DNA of 36,538 bases from Sanchytrium tribonematis (lineage: Eukaryota): contig JADGIG010000033.1 in assembly GCA_018985235.1 (NCBI GenBank), positions 1-36,538 of the forward strand, given 5' to 3'. Below the pieces are notes generated by a model. That model searched no databases, had not been told where the DNA came from, and worked only from the letters and a program-made list of their open reading frames with translations. A program made the translations under genes and the position numbers. Shown here in pieces: positions 11,648-22,525 of the stretch (position 1 is its first letter; each line of letters starts with the position of its first letter).

Positions 11648-13490
11648 TTAGTCCTGAATACTTCTGAATCTTTCTTCAATATCTTTACCTAATTTTGCAT
11701 ACTTGGCAAGGACTTTCTCTTTTCCATCCTTAGGATTTTCGAATTTCATACTTGAGAGTGCGTAGAGTAAATCACTAGTTTTTTCCCTAATTTTAGCCCA
11801 AGTTAATTGTCCCTGAGAAGTTTCAACAGCTTTGACTGCCTCTGTGTAGAAACCCATCATATTTTTGAGCATTCCAACGGTTTTGTAGAATGGACAAAAT
11901 CGATCGTATTCTGAAAATCCGTTTTGTTGCAAAAAATCGTCTTTTAAAATTTTCGAAATTTCCAAAGTGATTTTGTCGGTTTCTCCAAGTGCAGATTTAC
12001 CAACAAGTTGAACGATTTCAGCTAAATCTTCTTCAAGTTGCAATATTTCTTTGCACTGAGTTCTTAATGCAACAAATTCTGGTTCAGTCTTTTCATAGTA
12101 TGGGTCTAAAGCCTTCAAATATTTTGAATAAGAAAGAGACCAATTAACAGATGGGAAATGCTTTCTTTGAGCCAATTTTTTATCTAAGCCCCAAAACACC
12201 TGAACAATTCCCAATGTAGCGGAAGTAACAGGGTCAGAAAAATCACCACCAGGAGGAGAAACGGCACCTACAATACTTACACTTCCTTGTCTTCGTGGAT
12301 TTCCGAGACAAACGACTTTGCCAGCTCGTTCATAAAAAGATGCGAGTCGGGCTCCCAAATATGCAGGATAACCCGAATCGGCAGGCATCTCAGCTAGACG
12401 ACCTGAAAGTTCTCGCAAAGCCTCCGCCCATCGTGAAGTTGAGTCAGCCATCATCGCTACATCTTTTCCTTGATCCCTAAAATATTCACTTAATGTGATA
12501 CCAGTGTAAATAGATGCCTCTCTTGCAGCCACAGGCATATTACTCGTGTTGGCCACCAATGTGGTACGCTGCATAATACTTTCCATTTTTGTTTGTCCAT
12601 TGACATTCACTTCTGCAGTAAGTTCAGGGAAATCCATTAAAACTTCAGCCATTTCATTTCCACGTTCACCACAACCTACATATATAATGCAATCACTGTT
12701 GGAATACTTAGATAACGATTGAGAAATAACAGTTTTCCCACACCCGAAAGCTCCAGGAATTGCAGTTGTCCCACCTTGAACACAAGGAAAGAGAGCATCT
12801 AAAACTCTTTGACCTGTAAGTAATGGATTATCAGCACTCAATTTCTCAGTAACGGGTCTGGGTGAACGAACTGGCCAAGAGTGATACATTTTGAAGCTAG
12901 CTTTCTTATTTTCAAATTCAACTTCAAGAACCTACATGAATAAAATCTACGATATCTTCAAGTGTATAATTGCCTTGTGGTGCAATGTACGTTATTTTTC
13001 CATAATTACGTGGAGGTAGCATGATGTTGTGAGTGTGAACAAAGGCATTTTCATAGACACTTCCAAAAATATCGCCACCCGTAATTAAGTCTCCAATTTT
13101 TAAATTCTTGTTAGGAACGAATTCCCATTGTTTTTTCTTATCCAAAGCATGTGTATCAATTCCTCTAGGTATATAAATGCTCTGACTATATTGCTGAATA
13201 GCTTGTAAGGGTCTTTGTATACCGTCATATATATTATCCATCAAGCCTGGTCCTAATTCCACTGATAAAGGTTTACCTGTCTTGAGAACAGGATCTCCGA
13301 CAGTTAGACCGCTGGTTTCTTCGTAGACCTGAATTGTTGCCCTGTCCTTGTCGATTTTGATAACTTCTCCGACTAGTTCGTCAGTACCAACTCTTGCTAG
13401 TTCATACATCGCACTACCAGTCATATTTTCGGCCACAACGACTGGACCCGACACACTGTAAATATAACCATATTGAGATTCTTTTGTCAT
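11648..13490 (-). CDS. VMA1: V-type ATPase catalytic subunit A; join(13490..12951,12931..11648), 607 aa, no intein
   Basis: [20 protein letters not shown], Walker [40 protein letters not shown]; the spliced junction reads YTLEDI|VLEVEF. Confidence 0.97.
12932..12950 (-). other. 19-nt spliceosomal intron
   Basis: GTAGATTTTATTCATGTAG; removal gives the conserved V-ATPase A motif YTLEDIVLEVEF. Confidence 0.95.
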
Positions 13491-13789
13491 TTCAGCAAAC
13501 TCCCAAGTTTTGAAAAATATACACTTTATTAAATTTCATTCTTAAATTTTCAAGGCATATCAATTTTCATATAGTTTTATAACAATGTTGTGGTGAGTCG
13601 TATCATAAATTTATTAAGTATAGATTTTGAGGTCGAGCCAGTCATTTTATAAAATGGTGCATTTGTTTAAAGAAGTGCTCAATAAACCTTTTGGAGAACA
13701 AGATTCAGCAACTACGCTAATACGTACACGTATACAACGCCCTTAAATCATCTAATTGATATGGGGCCGGGTATTTGTATTATTTTTTT

Positions 13790-13798
13790 CACGTGTTT
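13790..13798 (+). promoter_or_regulatory. E-box CACGTGTTT upstream of the RRM gene
   Basis: Starts 47 nt before the ATG at 13837. Confidence 0.5.
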
Positions 13799-13836
13799 GG
13801 GCCTCCTATTAAACCATTAACAGTCCTTATTAGCGG

Positions 13837-15285
13837 ATGTCGGGAATAACTGCCTATCGTGTCAAAGTAAATGATTTCTCCATTCCGACGGAGCAGATGT
13901 CCTGGACTCTGGAATTATTTGCTGATTTTTTGAAATGTCACACAACTGAGGAAGACCTGGTTGCAGAATTTTTAACTTTAGAGTCTGCAGAACTATGCAT
14001 TAAAAAATTATCTTCAGCCCCATTTGATGTAAATGCTTTACTTTTAGAAACTCATTGTTTGCCTAAATTATATTTTAAATATTTACCTCCAGATATCCCC
14101 CTATCGGGTATAAAGCGGCTATTTAGTATGATTGGACCTGTACACTCTGTGAAATTATTACCGGCAAAGTCAACACCTCTTAAATTTCGATGTGGGTTTA
14201 TCAATTTTTATGCAATTCGAGATGTATATTTAGCTGGTTGTTTCAATCAAAAATGCCTAATCAGTGAAGGAAAGCAATATAATGTTATGGTTAGAGATGC
14301 TTGCGACCGTCCCAGTGTCGTGTACTCTGTGAAAGTTCGTGATACTTCTGTGGAAGAAGTGCTTTTTGAAACCTTTTCTCAGTATGGTGCATTAGCATTT
14401 ATCGATCGTTATCCCAGTTATGCAATTATCGGCTATGTCAATGAAGAGGGTGCTAAAAACCTTAGTAACTCAGTTGCAGACGCCGAAGCAATCAGCTACT
14501 CTCCAGAATTGGAGTATCCAGACATTCCGGAACAATTAACTTATTTCAACAATTCATTCGTATCTTCTCCAGATCAAAAAATATCAGAAGTCATTCCTGA
14601 TGATACTCAAGATAATACAACTAATTTATATATCAAAAATTTAGCAGTTACAATCGATGAAGCAAGATTAAAAAAAGAATTTTCAAAATATGGAATTGTT
14701 CAAAGTGTTAAAGTCATGAGACATTTATCAGGAGTGTCTAAAAGAATTGCATTTGTGAATTACGACACGCCGAGAGCAGCTCGTGAGGCTCAGAAATATT
14801 TGGACAAAGCAAGTATGGATGGTAGACGTGTGCATGTATCTTTCGCACATCGTAGATTTGGGACCAAAGATGATCCTCAGTGGGGTGGAGATCCAAATTT
14901 TCAACTCTGGTCGCGCTCTTCTACTCCACCTATTCAGTTGCATTCTATTTTGGATTCGTTATCTCTTGATAGACCTAATGATCGAGGTTTGGATCACAAG
15001 CTACATAAATCAGTCAGCGAACCAAATTTAGAACCTATGGAAAACTGTGAATTTTATGGAACCCAAAGCCTAGGGCGCCATGGCTTTGGGCTAGAATCTT
15101 ATGCAAAAAACTCTTTCTTTTCTTCAAATGGCTTTTCATCAACAGTTAGTGCGCCTGTGAGTGCAACCGCAAGTAAGATGGGTAGTGATTCTTCCACTAC
15201 AACGTCTTCATTGCCTTGCTCTCCTCCCAAAAGCCCAGTTGATGAAGTAAAGCATTATGTTGGAGATTTACTGGCTGGAATTTAA
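13837..15285 (+). CDS. Multi-RRM RNA-binding protein (PABP/ELAV-like RRMs) with Ser-rich tail
   Basis: RNP2/RNP1 pairs: LYFKYL..CGFINF, FSQYG..YAIIGY, TNLYIKNL..FSKYG..SVKVM..IAFVNY. Confidence 0.8.
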   Translation: MSGITAYRVKVNDFSIPTEQMSWTLELFADFLKCHTTEEDLVAEFLTLESAELCIKKLSSAPFDVNALLLETHCLPKLYFKYLPPDIPLSGIKRLFSMIGPVHSVKLLPAKSTPLKFRCGFINFYAIRDVYLAGCFNQKCLISEGKQYNVMVRDACDRPSVVYSVKVRDTSVEEVLFETFSQYGALAFIDRYPSYAIIGYVNEEGAKNLSNSVADAEAISYSPELEYPDIPEQLTYFNNSFVSSPDQKISEVIPDDTQDNTTNLYIKNLAVTIDEARLKKEFSKYGIVQSVKVMRHLSGVSKRIAFVNYDTPRAAREAQKYLDKASMDGRRVHVSFAHRRFGTKDDPQWGGDPNFQLWSRSSTPPIQLHSILDSLSLDRPNDRGLDHKLHKSVSEPNLEPMENCEFYGTQSLGRHGFGLESYAKNSFFSSNGFSSTVSAPVSATASKMGSDSSTTTSSLPCSPPKSPVDEVKHYVGDLLAGI

Positions 15286-15297
15286 ATAAAAATTTTA

Positions 15298-16933
15298 TTA
15301 ACATGAGGCGGCTTGAACATCACTAGATGTTTGTGTGTAAGTAATAGAAACTAATCCACCGTTTTGGCGAGTCTTTTTTTGGGCCAAAAACAATGATTGT
15401 GGGTCCGGATCTGTGAAAGATTCAACCCAGCCCGTGGGCTGTTGAAATGGGCAAGGTGGTTTCGCCCCAGTTGCAATCAACAAAGTGTTACCTATCGCAT
15501 AATTTTGCGCACCCGGAGGTTTTTGAACCATCACGCCGCCCATGGTTTGGCTATTGTCAGCACTACTCACAAATTTACTTCCCCAAACGATGCAGTGAGC
15601 GCAGGACCATCCATGAGAAGTTCCGAAATTTCCACGATTGTAAAGTCCAAGGGATGGATAATTTCCAGGGATGGTTGATACTTTGTTAATGAAAAATACG
15701 CATGGTATCAAATAAAACTCCATTAGTCCATCCTCGATGGGATTCATCCACACCAGATGGATTAATAGAAGTGCAATCAAAAAACACAATCCCGCTAGCC
15801 GTGCTCATTCCGTTAATTACATATTGATGTCTTCCACCCCGAGCAAAATTGTGAGCGAAAAAGATTAATTGAGAGTTTCTTTCAACCGCAAAATTGTAAA
15901 AATTTTCAGTTGTATCTTGACCAATGGGATCTATTGCCGCACAGGATGTTACGCTGACTCTGGTTGAAGTATAGACTGCCACGCCTGAACGAACAAATCC
16001 AGATATAGTCAATTTATAAAGCCAAACGTCCTCAGATCCATCGACAACGACTCCATTTTGCGAATGGTTTTGGTCTTGAGGATCCATCACAAATGACTGA
16101 ATTTGAATACGCATATCTCTGAGAATAACGTTTTCTGTCACCAAGGTCTCATCAAATAAAATAACGTAAGGCTGGGATATTGAAGAATTCATTTTATCAA
16201 AAGTGGGAGAATCTAAAAATAAAGTCTTTGTTGCTATGTCAACATATATAATTCTTCTCAAATAATTCACACTAGGATAGCCGAGTCCCCAAGGAGCGTC
16301 AAAATAAGTGTCGCCTCTGTTGACCGAATCCAACCAAGATTGAGTTGCGGGATATACAATCAAAATAGATTGCCCTACAGAAAAGCGTGAGATATCATCT
16401 ACCTGAAATTTGAAGGCAGACATTCCTACTAATGGGGTTGTGATCTTTGTCTGAAATGAATTTCCGGCGTACCAGTTGACTTTGCTAGATCCAATGTAAA
16501 ATACAGAATACATTGAACTGTCTCCGTTAGCTCTGATGACAGTTGATGCCGAAGGATCATCACCGTTTCCCTCACCTTTAACGATGACACCATCAACATT
16601 TATACTAATTTGAGTAGCGATATTCCAAATTCCCTTTTTTAGTAAAATCGAGCCTCGAAATCCATTTGTACCAACAGGATAATTCACCATGTCATTGATA
16701 GCGCCTTGAATCAAACTTGATGCATCACCAGATGGAGGATAAAGTACTTTAACAGTACTGGCCGTCACAGGCAATGAATAATTTCCGTGTTTAAATCCAA
16801 CATACGAAAAATGAGGAATTCGATTATTTTCTGCATCATAGGTGTATGTTAAGTATTTATATTTACCTGAAGTAGTCCAGTAGACTCTTTGAGAGGAAGT
16901 CAAAGCTTCCAAAGCACAAAACAGTAAAAACAT
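15298..16933 (-). CDS. Secreted pectin-lyase-like beta-helix protein of bacterial type; join(16933..15700,15680..15298), 538 aa
   Basis: YTYDAENNRIPHFSYVG, GDASSLIQGAIN, NGFRGSILLKKG, ESHRGWTNGVLFD, then after the intron LGLYNRGNFGTSHGWS and PQSLFLAQ; hydrophobic N-terminus. Confidence 0.72.
15681..15699 (-). other. 19-nt spliceosomal intron
   Basis: GTATTTTTCATTAACAAAG (branch motif TTAAC, AAG acceptor); joins the two ORFs as LFDTM-L-STIPG. Confidence 0.88.
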
Positions 16934-17286
16934 GAGGCTTATGACCTTTTTTAAAAAAAACCGTCATGAAATTAAAAGTTGGTAAGTTGTAGCATAATAG
17001 CGAAATACAGTCAAATAGACAATACATTATATCATGCGCAATTCTTTTGTACGCCATTTGCAGATTTCAACGAAAGGCGCAAGTAAGTACAATGACAGAG
17101 TTTGATCCGTCATCTCCTTGTCTATGTTTTTCACATAACAGTACACGTCTATAATCTACATTTCACTTGATTACGAAGTCAAAGTGTAGTATCTTCATAG
17201 GTAAAAGACGAATTCAAAATTAGATTCAATAAAATTCGAAATCCTAAATCCTAATCTAAAACATAAATATTTACTAAACTCTGCAC

Positions 17287-17583
17287 TTAAGAAATCAATT
17301 CCAAGTTCGGGCTGCATTTTTGGATTTTATCCAAGCTAGTCAACTGCCGCTGTAGCATTTGCTGTAACGAATTTTCAAGATCAACTTTTGAATTAATATT
17401 GTATATGGAAAAACTTGCGTGAATAGGATATTCACAAACATAAACTTTGAGGCTTCTCTTAATTAAAGCCTTCCTAAATAGATCGTTTTGCTGCACGTCC
17501 AACTTGGCTTTTAATAATACCTTTTTCATTAGAGCCACGTCTACATTAAAATTGCTATCATCATTTATAAACGTAAAAGACAT
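17287..17583 (-). CDS. Hypothetical 98-aa protein (weak SERTA-like motif)
   Basis: ATG ORF; KVLLKAKL..DLFRKALIKRSL loosely recalls SERTA-type motifs. Confidence 0.45.
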   Translation of the reverse strand: MSFTFINDDSNFNVDVALMKKVLLKAKLDVQQNDLFRKALIKRSLKVYVCEYPIHASFSIYNINSKVDLENSLQQMLQRQLTSLDKIQKCSPNLELIS

Positions 17584-17670
17584 CTTGCACGATAAAGATG
17601 GCCTTTCTAGTTTCCAAAACTACCCCTTGATAGCTTTAAATCGTTTCTTCCCGTGGTCATTCGTTGGGTC

Positions 17671-18201
17671 ATGTGTCAGCTGATTGGTTTGGTAAGAAAG
17701 TATGACGTCCAAAAAGAACTAGCTTTCCCCATTCGGAAAAAATATTCATCTGAATTTAAATTCCGAAACCTGTCTAAAATGTTAACAGACGCTGGTGATT
17801 CAAAATTGCAAACTGCTTCTTCAATTCATTCTAAAGATTTCAACGCTTTACAGAAAGTGGCACTTTTGCATGAAAAATTGAGGGACATTAGTATGCGTGA
17901 ACTATTGAAGGATGAGGAGGTGGAATTGCGCTCGCCACCCAATCAAAACCCTACATCAATAGCAATAACTGGTTGCAGCCAAGTCAATAGCATAGTGGAT
18001 GACATTTGTCTGGAGGAAGTAGATGAGATTTTGGACACATCTCTACTATTTTTAGATTTCATTTTTATTATTTTTGCATTTACTCTTATGATATTTTTTG
18101 GGGTCGTAGGAATTTCGATTGGGTTTGCTTTAATGCTGCCTTATTGCTTTTTATTTGGTGGCTTGGCAATCATTGGCGACGTCATCAAAAACATAAAATA
18201 A
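17671..18201 (+). CDS. Hypothetical protein with C-terminal transmembrane hairpin (start 17671 or 17779)
   Basis: Long hydrophobic C-terminal stretch; stop codon lies within AATAAA. Confidence 0.6.
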   Translation: MCQLIGLVRKYDVQKELAFPIRKKYSSEFKFRNLSKMLTDAGDSKLQTASSIHSKDFNALQKVALLHEKLRDISMRELLKDEEVELRSPPNQNPTSIAITGCSQVNSIVDDICLEEVDEILDTSLLFLDFIFIIFAFTLMIFFGVVGISIGFALMLPYCFLFGGLAIIGDVIKNIK

Positions 18202-18218
18202 ATTTATGATTTATTAGG

Positions 18219-19874
18219 TTATTTCGCTAAGGTGACCTCACCTTGTTCATTATAGTCGCCTAATATTTTAAATCTCAATCTGACAGTGCTGCCATTTCCA
18301 CTTATATCCAGACGGATATAAAATGGCGTATTCCATAACATTTCACCAATAGGATAAATTTTCATGGCAAATTGATTAGGAACTGCAAATTGCCAGTTTG
18401 CCTCAATTTTGCCAGACTTTTGTCCAGAAATTGTAGCTGATAATTTCAAAGGATCATTTGATATCTGGATAATTTGGAGGGTATTAGACTTGAAAAGTGG
18501 GGTTTTAGCCCCCAAACTGAGTGGCACAGAATTACTATTGCCTAAAGAAACAAAATCAAATGGATCGGATTTCTTATTTTGAAAAGTTTGTGGCTGAAAA
18601 GTGGGATTGACAGTGTTTGGTGAAACAGGCTGTATATTTGAATTAGAAAACCCGCTTGGTTTGGAAATAGACACATTTTGAAATAAGTTGGCATCAATTG
18701 GAGCTTCTTGAGAAAAGAAACTGGCGTTGGATTGTATTGTCTGAAGATTCTCTGTAATAGGTTTCTTCGTTGGAGAAGTAATTGCAGGCTCTGACAAAAA
18801 ATCTATCAAACCAGAGGCAGGTACCGGAGCAGATGGCTCATCAAAAGCTAATAAATTATCTACAGTTGATTTGTTTTGAGCCGATTTTTCGGGTTCACTA
18901 AGATCCAGCAAAAGATCTTGCTTTTGAGGCTCTTTGGATACATCTTCAATCATTTCTTCTAATCTAGAGTCAAACGTACCACTCATGTGTTGAATTACAA
19001 GCTCCTTCAAATATTCAATTAATCTTGTCTCTGTTTTAGGTAATGTTTGTATCAATTCGTAAATCATTTGCTGGTTTTCTGAAGGATGCTTAATAAGTTG
19101 TCCAACAATAAGGTTGACAGTTGATTGATGCTCAACCGCTAGATGCTGAATTGTAAAAGGTAGCTTCACGGTTGGCGAATCTGGTTTCTTTGATGAAGAA
19201 CGGGAGTATTCACGCTTTGTGTTATCTACTTTTAGCCTAATGGTTTCGCTCATACTATCACTCGTTACAAGTTCTTTCATCAAATCATTTGCTCTGACCA
19301 AATCCATTCCTTGTCCGCTTCTAATCAATTCTTCCAGTAAAACGTGCTTTTTATCAACATCATTAATTTTGTGTATCAAAATGTCATAATCATTTTCATT
19401 TAATGTGGATCTTGGTAGAATATAGCCTTTTTTGCTCAAAAGTAAGTACAATTGTTTCATATGTTGCATTTCGTTGTAATAAAACGAGTTCAAGGCAGGA
19501 TTTGTCAAAATTTGATAGTTGCTGATGATTTGTAATGTCAAATGCTGAAATTTTGAAAGTATGGCTGGTGGTGTGTTTGGAAATACTTTTATAAGATCGT
19601 TTAAAAATTTCTTTCGGCTAAATTCGTACTGTAATGGGTAGCCAATGTTGATATTTAAATAGTGAATAATAATAAGTATTTTGTAATTTGGCATGTATTT
19701 TAACAAATGTTGCAAAACTTTGTAAGGATACGAGTAGCTGGACTTGATTATATCAATCAACTGATAAAGAAGCACAAAAAATTCATCACCAGTGTAATTA
19801 TATGAGCTTGAATTAAATTGGTCCAATTGATCACTCATATCGAGGCGCATTAATCGATCGATTAAATTTTCCAT
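18219..19874 (-). CDS. GGA: GGA clathrin adaptor (VHS-GAT-hinge-GAE)
   Basis: VHS-like GYPLQYEFSRKKFLNDLIK; GAT LEELIRSG..DL.RANDLMKEL; clathrin-box-like DLLLDL and LIDF; ear domain WQFAVP. Confidence 0.85.
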   Translation of the reverse strand: MENLIDRLMRLDMSDQLDQFNSSSYNYTGDEFFVLLYQLIDIIKSSYSYPYKVLQHLLKYMPNYKILIIIHYLNINIGYPLQYEFSRKKFLNDLIKVFPNTPPAILSKFQHLTLQIISNYQILTNPALNSFYYNEMQHMKQLYLLLSKKGYILPRSTLNENDYDILIHKINDVDKKHVLLEELIRSGQGMDLVRANDLMKELVTSDSMSETIRLKVDNTKREYSRSSSKKPDSPTVKLPFTIQHLAVEHQSTVNLIVGQLIKHPSENQQMIYELIQTLPKTETRLIEYLKELVIQHMSGTFDSRLEEMIEDVSKEPQKQDLLLDLSEPEKSAQNKSTVDNLLAFDEPSAPVPASGLIDFLSEPAITSPTKKPITENLQTIQSNASFFSQEAPIDANLFQNVSISKPSGFSNSNIQPVSPNTVNPTFQPQTFQNKKSDPFDFVSLGNSNSVPLSLGAKTPLFKSNTLQIIQISNDPLKLSATISGQKSGKIEANWQFAVPNQFAMKIYPIGEMLWNTPFYIRLDISGNGSTVRLRFKILGDYNEQGEVTLAK

Positions 19875-19895
19875 TTGCGATGTTTCAAAAATAAT

Positions 19896-20747
19896 TTATT
19901 TTACCAAAATACTTTTATAAAATTCTAAAAAAGTGAGAGTCAGTATTGTGTGAGGACCAATTCGCATATAATGTGCCATACTGCCTTTATACAGTCCAGA
20001 AATGCCTTCTGTTTTAATTGTTTTAACGAAGCAATCAGCCAAATTTTTATATAAGTGATTGCCCTGATTATACATTCTAGTTGATATAACATCAAAAGGG
20101 TTCATGAAAATACAAACAAATACACCAGTGACCATGGATGCGCTAAAATGTACCTGTAGAGTATTTGGAGGTAAAAATTGATTAAAATACTTTTTCGTGA
20201 AATCATATATGCTCAGTTGAACCGCACTACCAACAGCAGTCCGAAGCATAGATGCGTCAACACCATGATATAACCCTCTAATACCTTCTGCTTTTATAAT
20301 CTTTCTTGTGGCATCAACAATACCGCCATAATTGTGCTGATACCCATATTTGGTTGCTCCATTTGTAGCACTTTGCAATCTGGTTTTAATCAAAAAAAGA
20401 GGCGAACCCATGAAAGCCCCAAAAACACCCGCGGAGGCACCGCTTACAATATTTATCATAGGTGAATGCCCACCTGAGGATTTAGCTAAATGCTGCCTTA
20501 TATGCTCGTAGCTCCCTAACCTACAGGCATTCATGGTAAATTGGTACAAATAAGCAGGTACGAGACCTTTTTGTATCCCTCTTATCCCTTCTTCCTTAAT
20601 TGTATCAATCACAACATGTCTTAGATGCTTTTGAACAGCACTGCTTTTCAATTCTCCTTGTAATTGTAGTCTTGTTTTAATAACTTCAAGTGGGTTAGTG
20701 AAAGTAACCGCTGAACAGGCCGCTAATCCGCCACTCAAGAATTCCAT
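19896..20747 (-). CDS. OAC1: Mitochondrial carrier, oxaloacetate carrier (OAC1/SLC25A35) type
   Basis: AVTFTNPLEVIKTRLQLQGEL, YQFTMNACRLGSYE, GSPLFLIKTR, GSAVQL, RIGPHTIL. Confidence 0.9.
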   Translation of the reverse strand: MEFLSGGLAACSAVTFTNPLEVIKTRLQLQGELKSSAVQKHLRHVVIDTIKEEGIRGIQKGLVPAYLYQFTMNACRLGSYEHIRQHLAKSSGGHSPMINIVSGASAGVFGAFMGSPLFLIKTRLQSATNGATKYGYQHNYGGIVDATRKIIKAEGIRGLYHGVDASMLRTAVGSAVQLSIYDFTKKYFNQFLPPNTLQVHFSASMVTGVFVCIFMNPFDVISTRMYNQGNHLYKNLADCFVKTIKTEGISGLYKGSMAHYMRIGPHTILTLTFLEFYKSILVK

Positions 20748-20778
20748 CCAGTTTTAAATTTACTCCCTTGAATCTGAT

Positions 20779-21723
20779 ATGGATTACGCGCTCGGTGCTT
20801 TTGTGGGTGTGATGGTCGGAGATGCCGCGGGAGCGACTCTCGAATTTATGTCAGGTTTAAGATCTGAGGAAGAGGTTGATAATGCAATGAAAATGCCAGG
20901 AGGTGGAGTGATGAAAATGGGACCTGGGCAAATAACAGATGACTCTGAACTATCGCTATGTTTAGCATATGGTCTACAAAAAGGTTTTGAAATTGATGCA
21001 ATAGCTAAAAATTACCATGAATGGTACAAATCTTGTCCTCCAGATATTGGAAATACTTGCCGTAACGCTTTTTCCAGTAAAAATTCTGCTAAAATGTATC
21101 GAAAATCCAAAGATTTAAATGGAAATTCTCAGGCGAATGGTGCATTAATGAGGCTTGTACCTCTTGCCATTTTTACGAGAAATATGTCTGAGAATGTTAT
21201 TGTAGAAAAGGCTAAAATGGATTGCGAATTGTCGCACCCTAATCCAATAACAGTAGATTGCAACTGTGTGTATTCTCTAGCTCTTGCGTACCTACTGAAA
21301 AATTCTGGCGATTCTAAGGGTTGCATCAGCTATATTGAAAAATGCTTTTTGAAATATAAATTTAATGCCGAAGTTTATCAATGGTTTAAGTCCTCTACCA
21401 CTGACAATGAAATCGACTGCCTAACAAATATTGGGCACGTAAAACACGCATTTATGCTGTCTTTTTATTGTTTGCGTAAGCACTTATCATATGAAGCTGC
21501 AATCAAAGATGTTTTAAAGCGTGGTGGTGACACAGACACCAACGCTGCCATATGTGGTGGAATTCTTGGTTGTTTGCATGGAATCCAGTCCATCCCTGAC
21601 TTTATGAAAAGTCCTGTCCTAAGCTTTGACTCCTCAAAAAATAGTTGGTACAAAAGACCTAAAAAATACAATGCATCAAATTACGAATCGCTGATTACAA
21701 GTATTTATAATAAAACTTTATAA
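20779..21723 (+). CDS. ADP-ribosylglycohydrolase family protein
   Basis: GDAAGATLEF, GQITDDSEL, PPDIGNT, NGALMR, GGDTDTNAAICG. Confidence 0.92.
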   Translation: MDYALGAFVGVMVGDAAGATLEFMSGLRSEEEVDNAMKMPGGGVMKMGPGQITDDSELSLCLAYGLQKGFEIDAIAKNYHEWYKSCPPDIGNTCRNAFSSKNSAKMYRKSKDLNGNSQANGALMRLVPLAIFTRNMSENVIVEKAKMDCELSHPNPITVDCNCVYSLALAYLLKNSGDSKGCISYIEKCFLKYKFNAEVYQWFKSSTTDNEIDCLTNIGHVKHAFMLSFYCLRKHLSYEAAIKDVLKRGGDTDTNAAICGGILGCLHGIQSIPDFMKSPVLSFDSSKNSWYKRPKKYNASNYESLITSIYNKTL

Positions 21724-21730
21724 CATTTAC

Positions 21731-22525
21731 TCAGTTCCACATTCCCATATAACCAAAGAGTGCAGCCCATGTAGACTTTGGTTGAGCGAAAATGTTACTT
21801 ACAGTTGTGGTAGCATCGCTCAAGAAGCTTTCATTTCTTGAGTATTCTGATGCAATTGATAGTTGGCTACTTGCTGGAGATATTTTTAGTGTTTTATGAA
21901 TATCTGCAACAGTTTTTTTCTTTGGTGTTGTAGCAGCTTCGGATTCATTTTCCGATTCAACAATTTTATCACTTTCGATAACAGAATCAATTGTTTTGGC
22001 TGGAGTACTTGGTTTTGTTTTCTTTTCAACTTTTGCTTTCTTTGGAGTTCGTTTCTCTTTTTGAGGAAGTTCATCCGCAACAGAATCAACGTCGTTCTCC
22101 TTGTCTTCGTCCACAGTTTTAAGCTCACTATCTCCGACTTCAACTCTCTTTTTAGCTTTTTTAACGACTTTTTTAGAAGTTGTAGCTTTTCTTTTAGCAC
22201 CCTGATATATATCAAATTCTTCCTTTTCATCTTTCGTTTCATTTAAGACAACATCTAAAGGAAAAGTGTCATCCAACGCTTGTTGAAGTGCTACCAAATC
22301 TTTCCCTGCAGTAGTATAAATATCAATTTCTTTCTCGTCAAAAGCTTTTAAATCATTCACAACGGCTTTTCTAAATGTTTGAAAGAAAAATACATAGTTT
22401 TGACCTTTTGCTAATTTGATGTCTTTAGTAGGTTCAATAACAGCTGCCGGAGCATATCTAATTTTACCACCAGCTAAAGTTTGTTTTGCAAAAACTCGCT
22501 GACCTTTTTTAAAATTGGAGATCAT
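21731..22525 (-). CDS. PWWP-like domain protein with Lys/Glu-rich low-complexity tail
   Basis: FKKGQRVFAK..YAPAAVI..YVFFF..LKAF..ALQQA matches the PWWP layout; start 22525 (or 22564). Confidence 0.6.
   Translation of the reverse strand: MISNFKKGQRVFAKQTLAGGKIRYAPAAVIEPTKDIKLAKGQNYVFFFQTFRKAVVNDLKAFDEKEIDIYTTAGKDLVALQQALDDTFPLDVVLNETKDEKEEFDIYQGAKRKATTSKKVVKKAKKRVEVGDSELKTVDEDKENDVDSVADELPQKEKRTPKKAKVEKKTKPSTPAKTIDSVIESDKIVESENESEAATTPKKKTVADIHKTLKISPASSQLSIASEYSRNESFLSDATTTVSNIFAQPKSTWAALFGYMGMWN

Noticed and set aside
12660..12690. VMA1 intein
   Set aside because: The insertion site [13 protein letters not shown] is uninterrupted; the gene split is caused by a 19-nt intron elsewhere
12889..12960. 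Programmed frameshift or pseudogene explanation for the split ORFs
   Set aside because: All breaks contain a GTA..AG segment of the same length and branch consensus whose removal restores the protein
16982..17000. 19-nt GT..AG segment GTAAGTTGTAGCATAATAG on the + strand
   Set aside because: No branch A at -6, and removal yields only a short non-recognisable ORF
17238..17261. Telomere-like (AAATCCT)2 repeat
   Set aside because: Only about three degenerate copies; consistent with chance in AT-rich DNA
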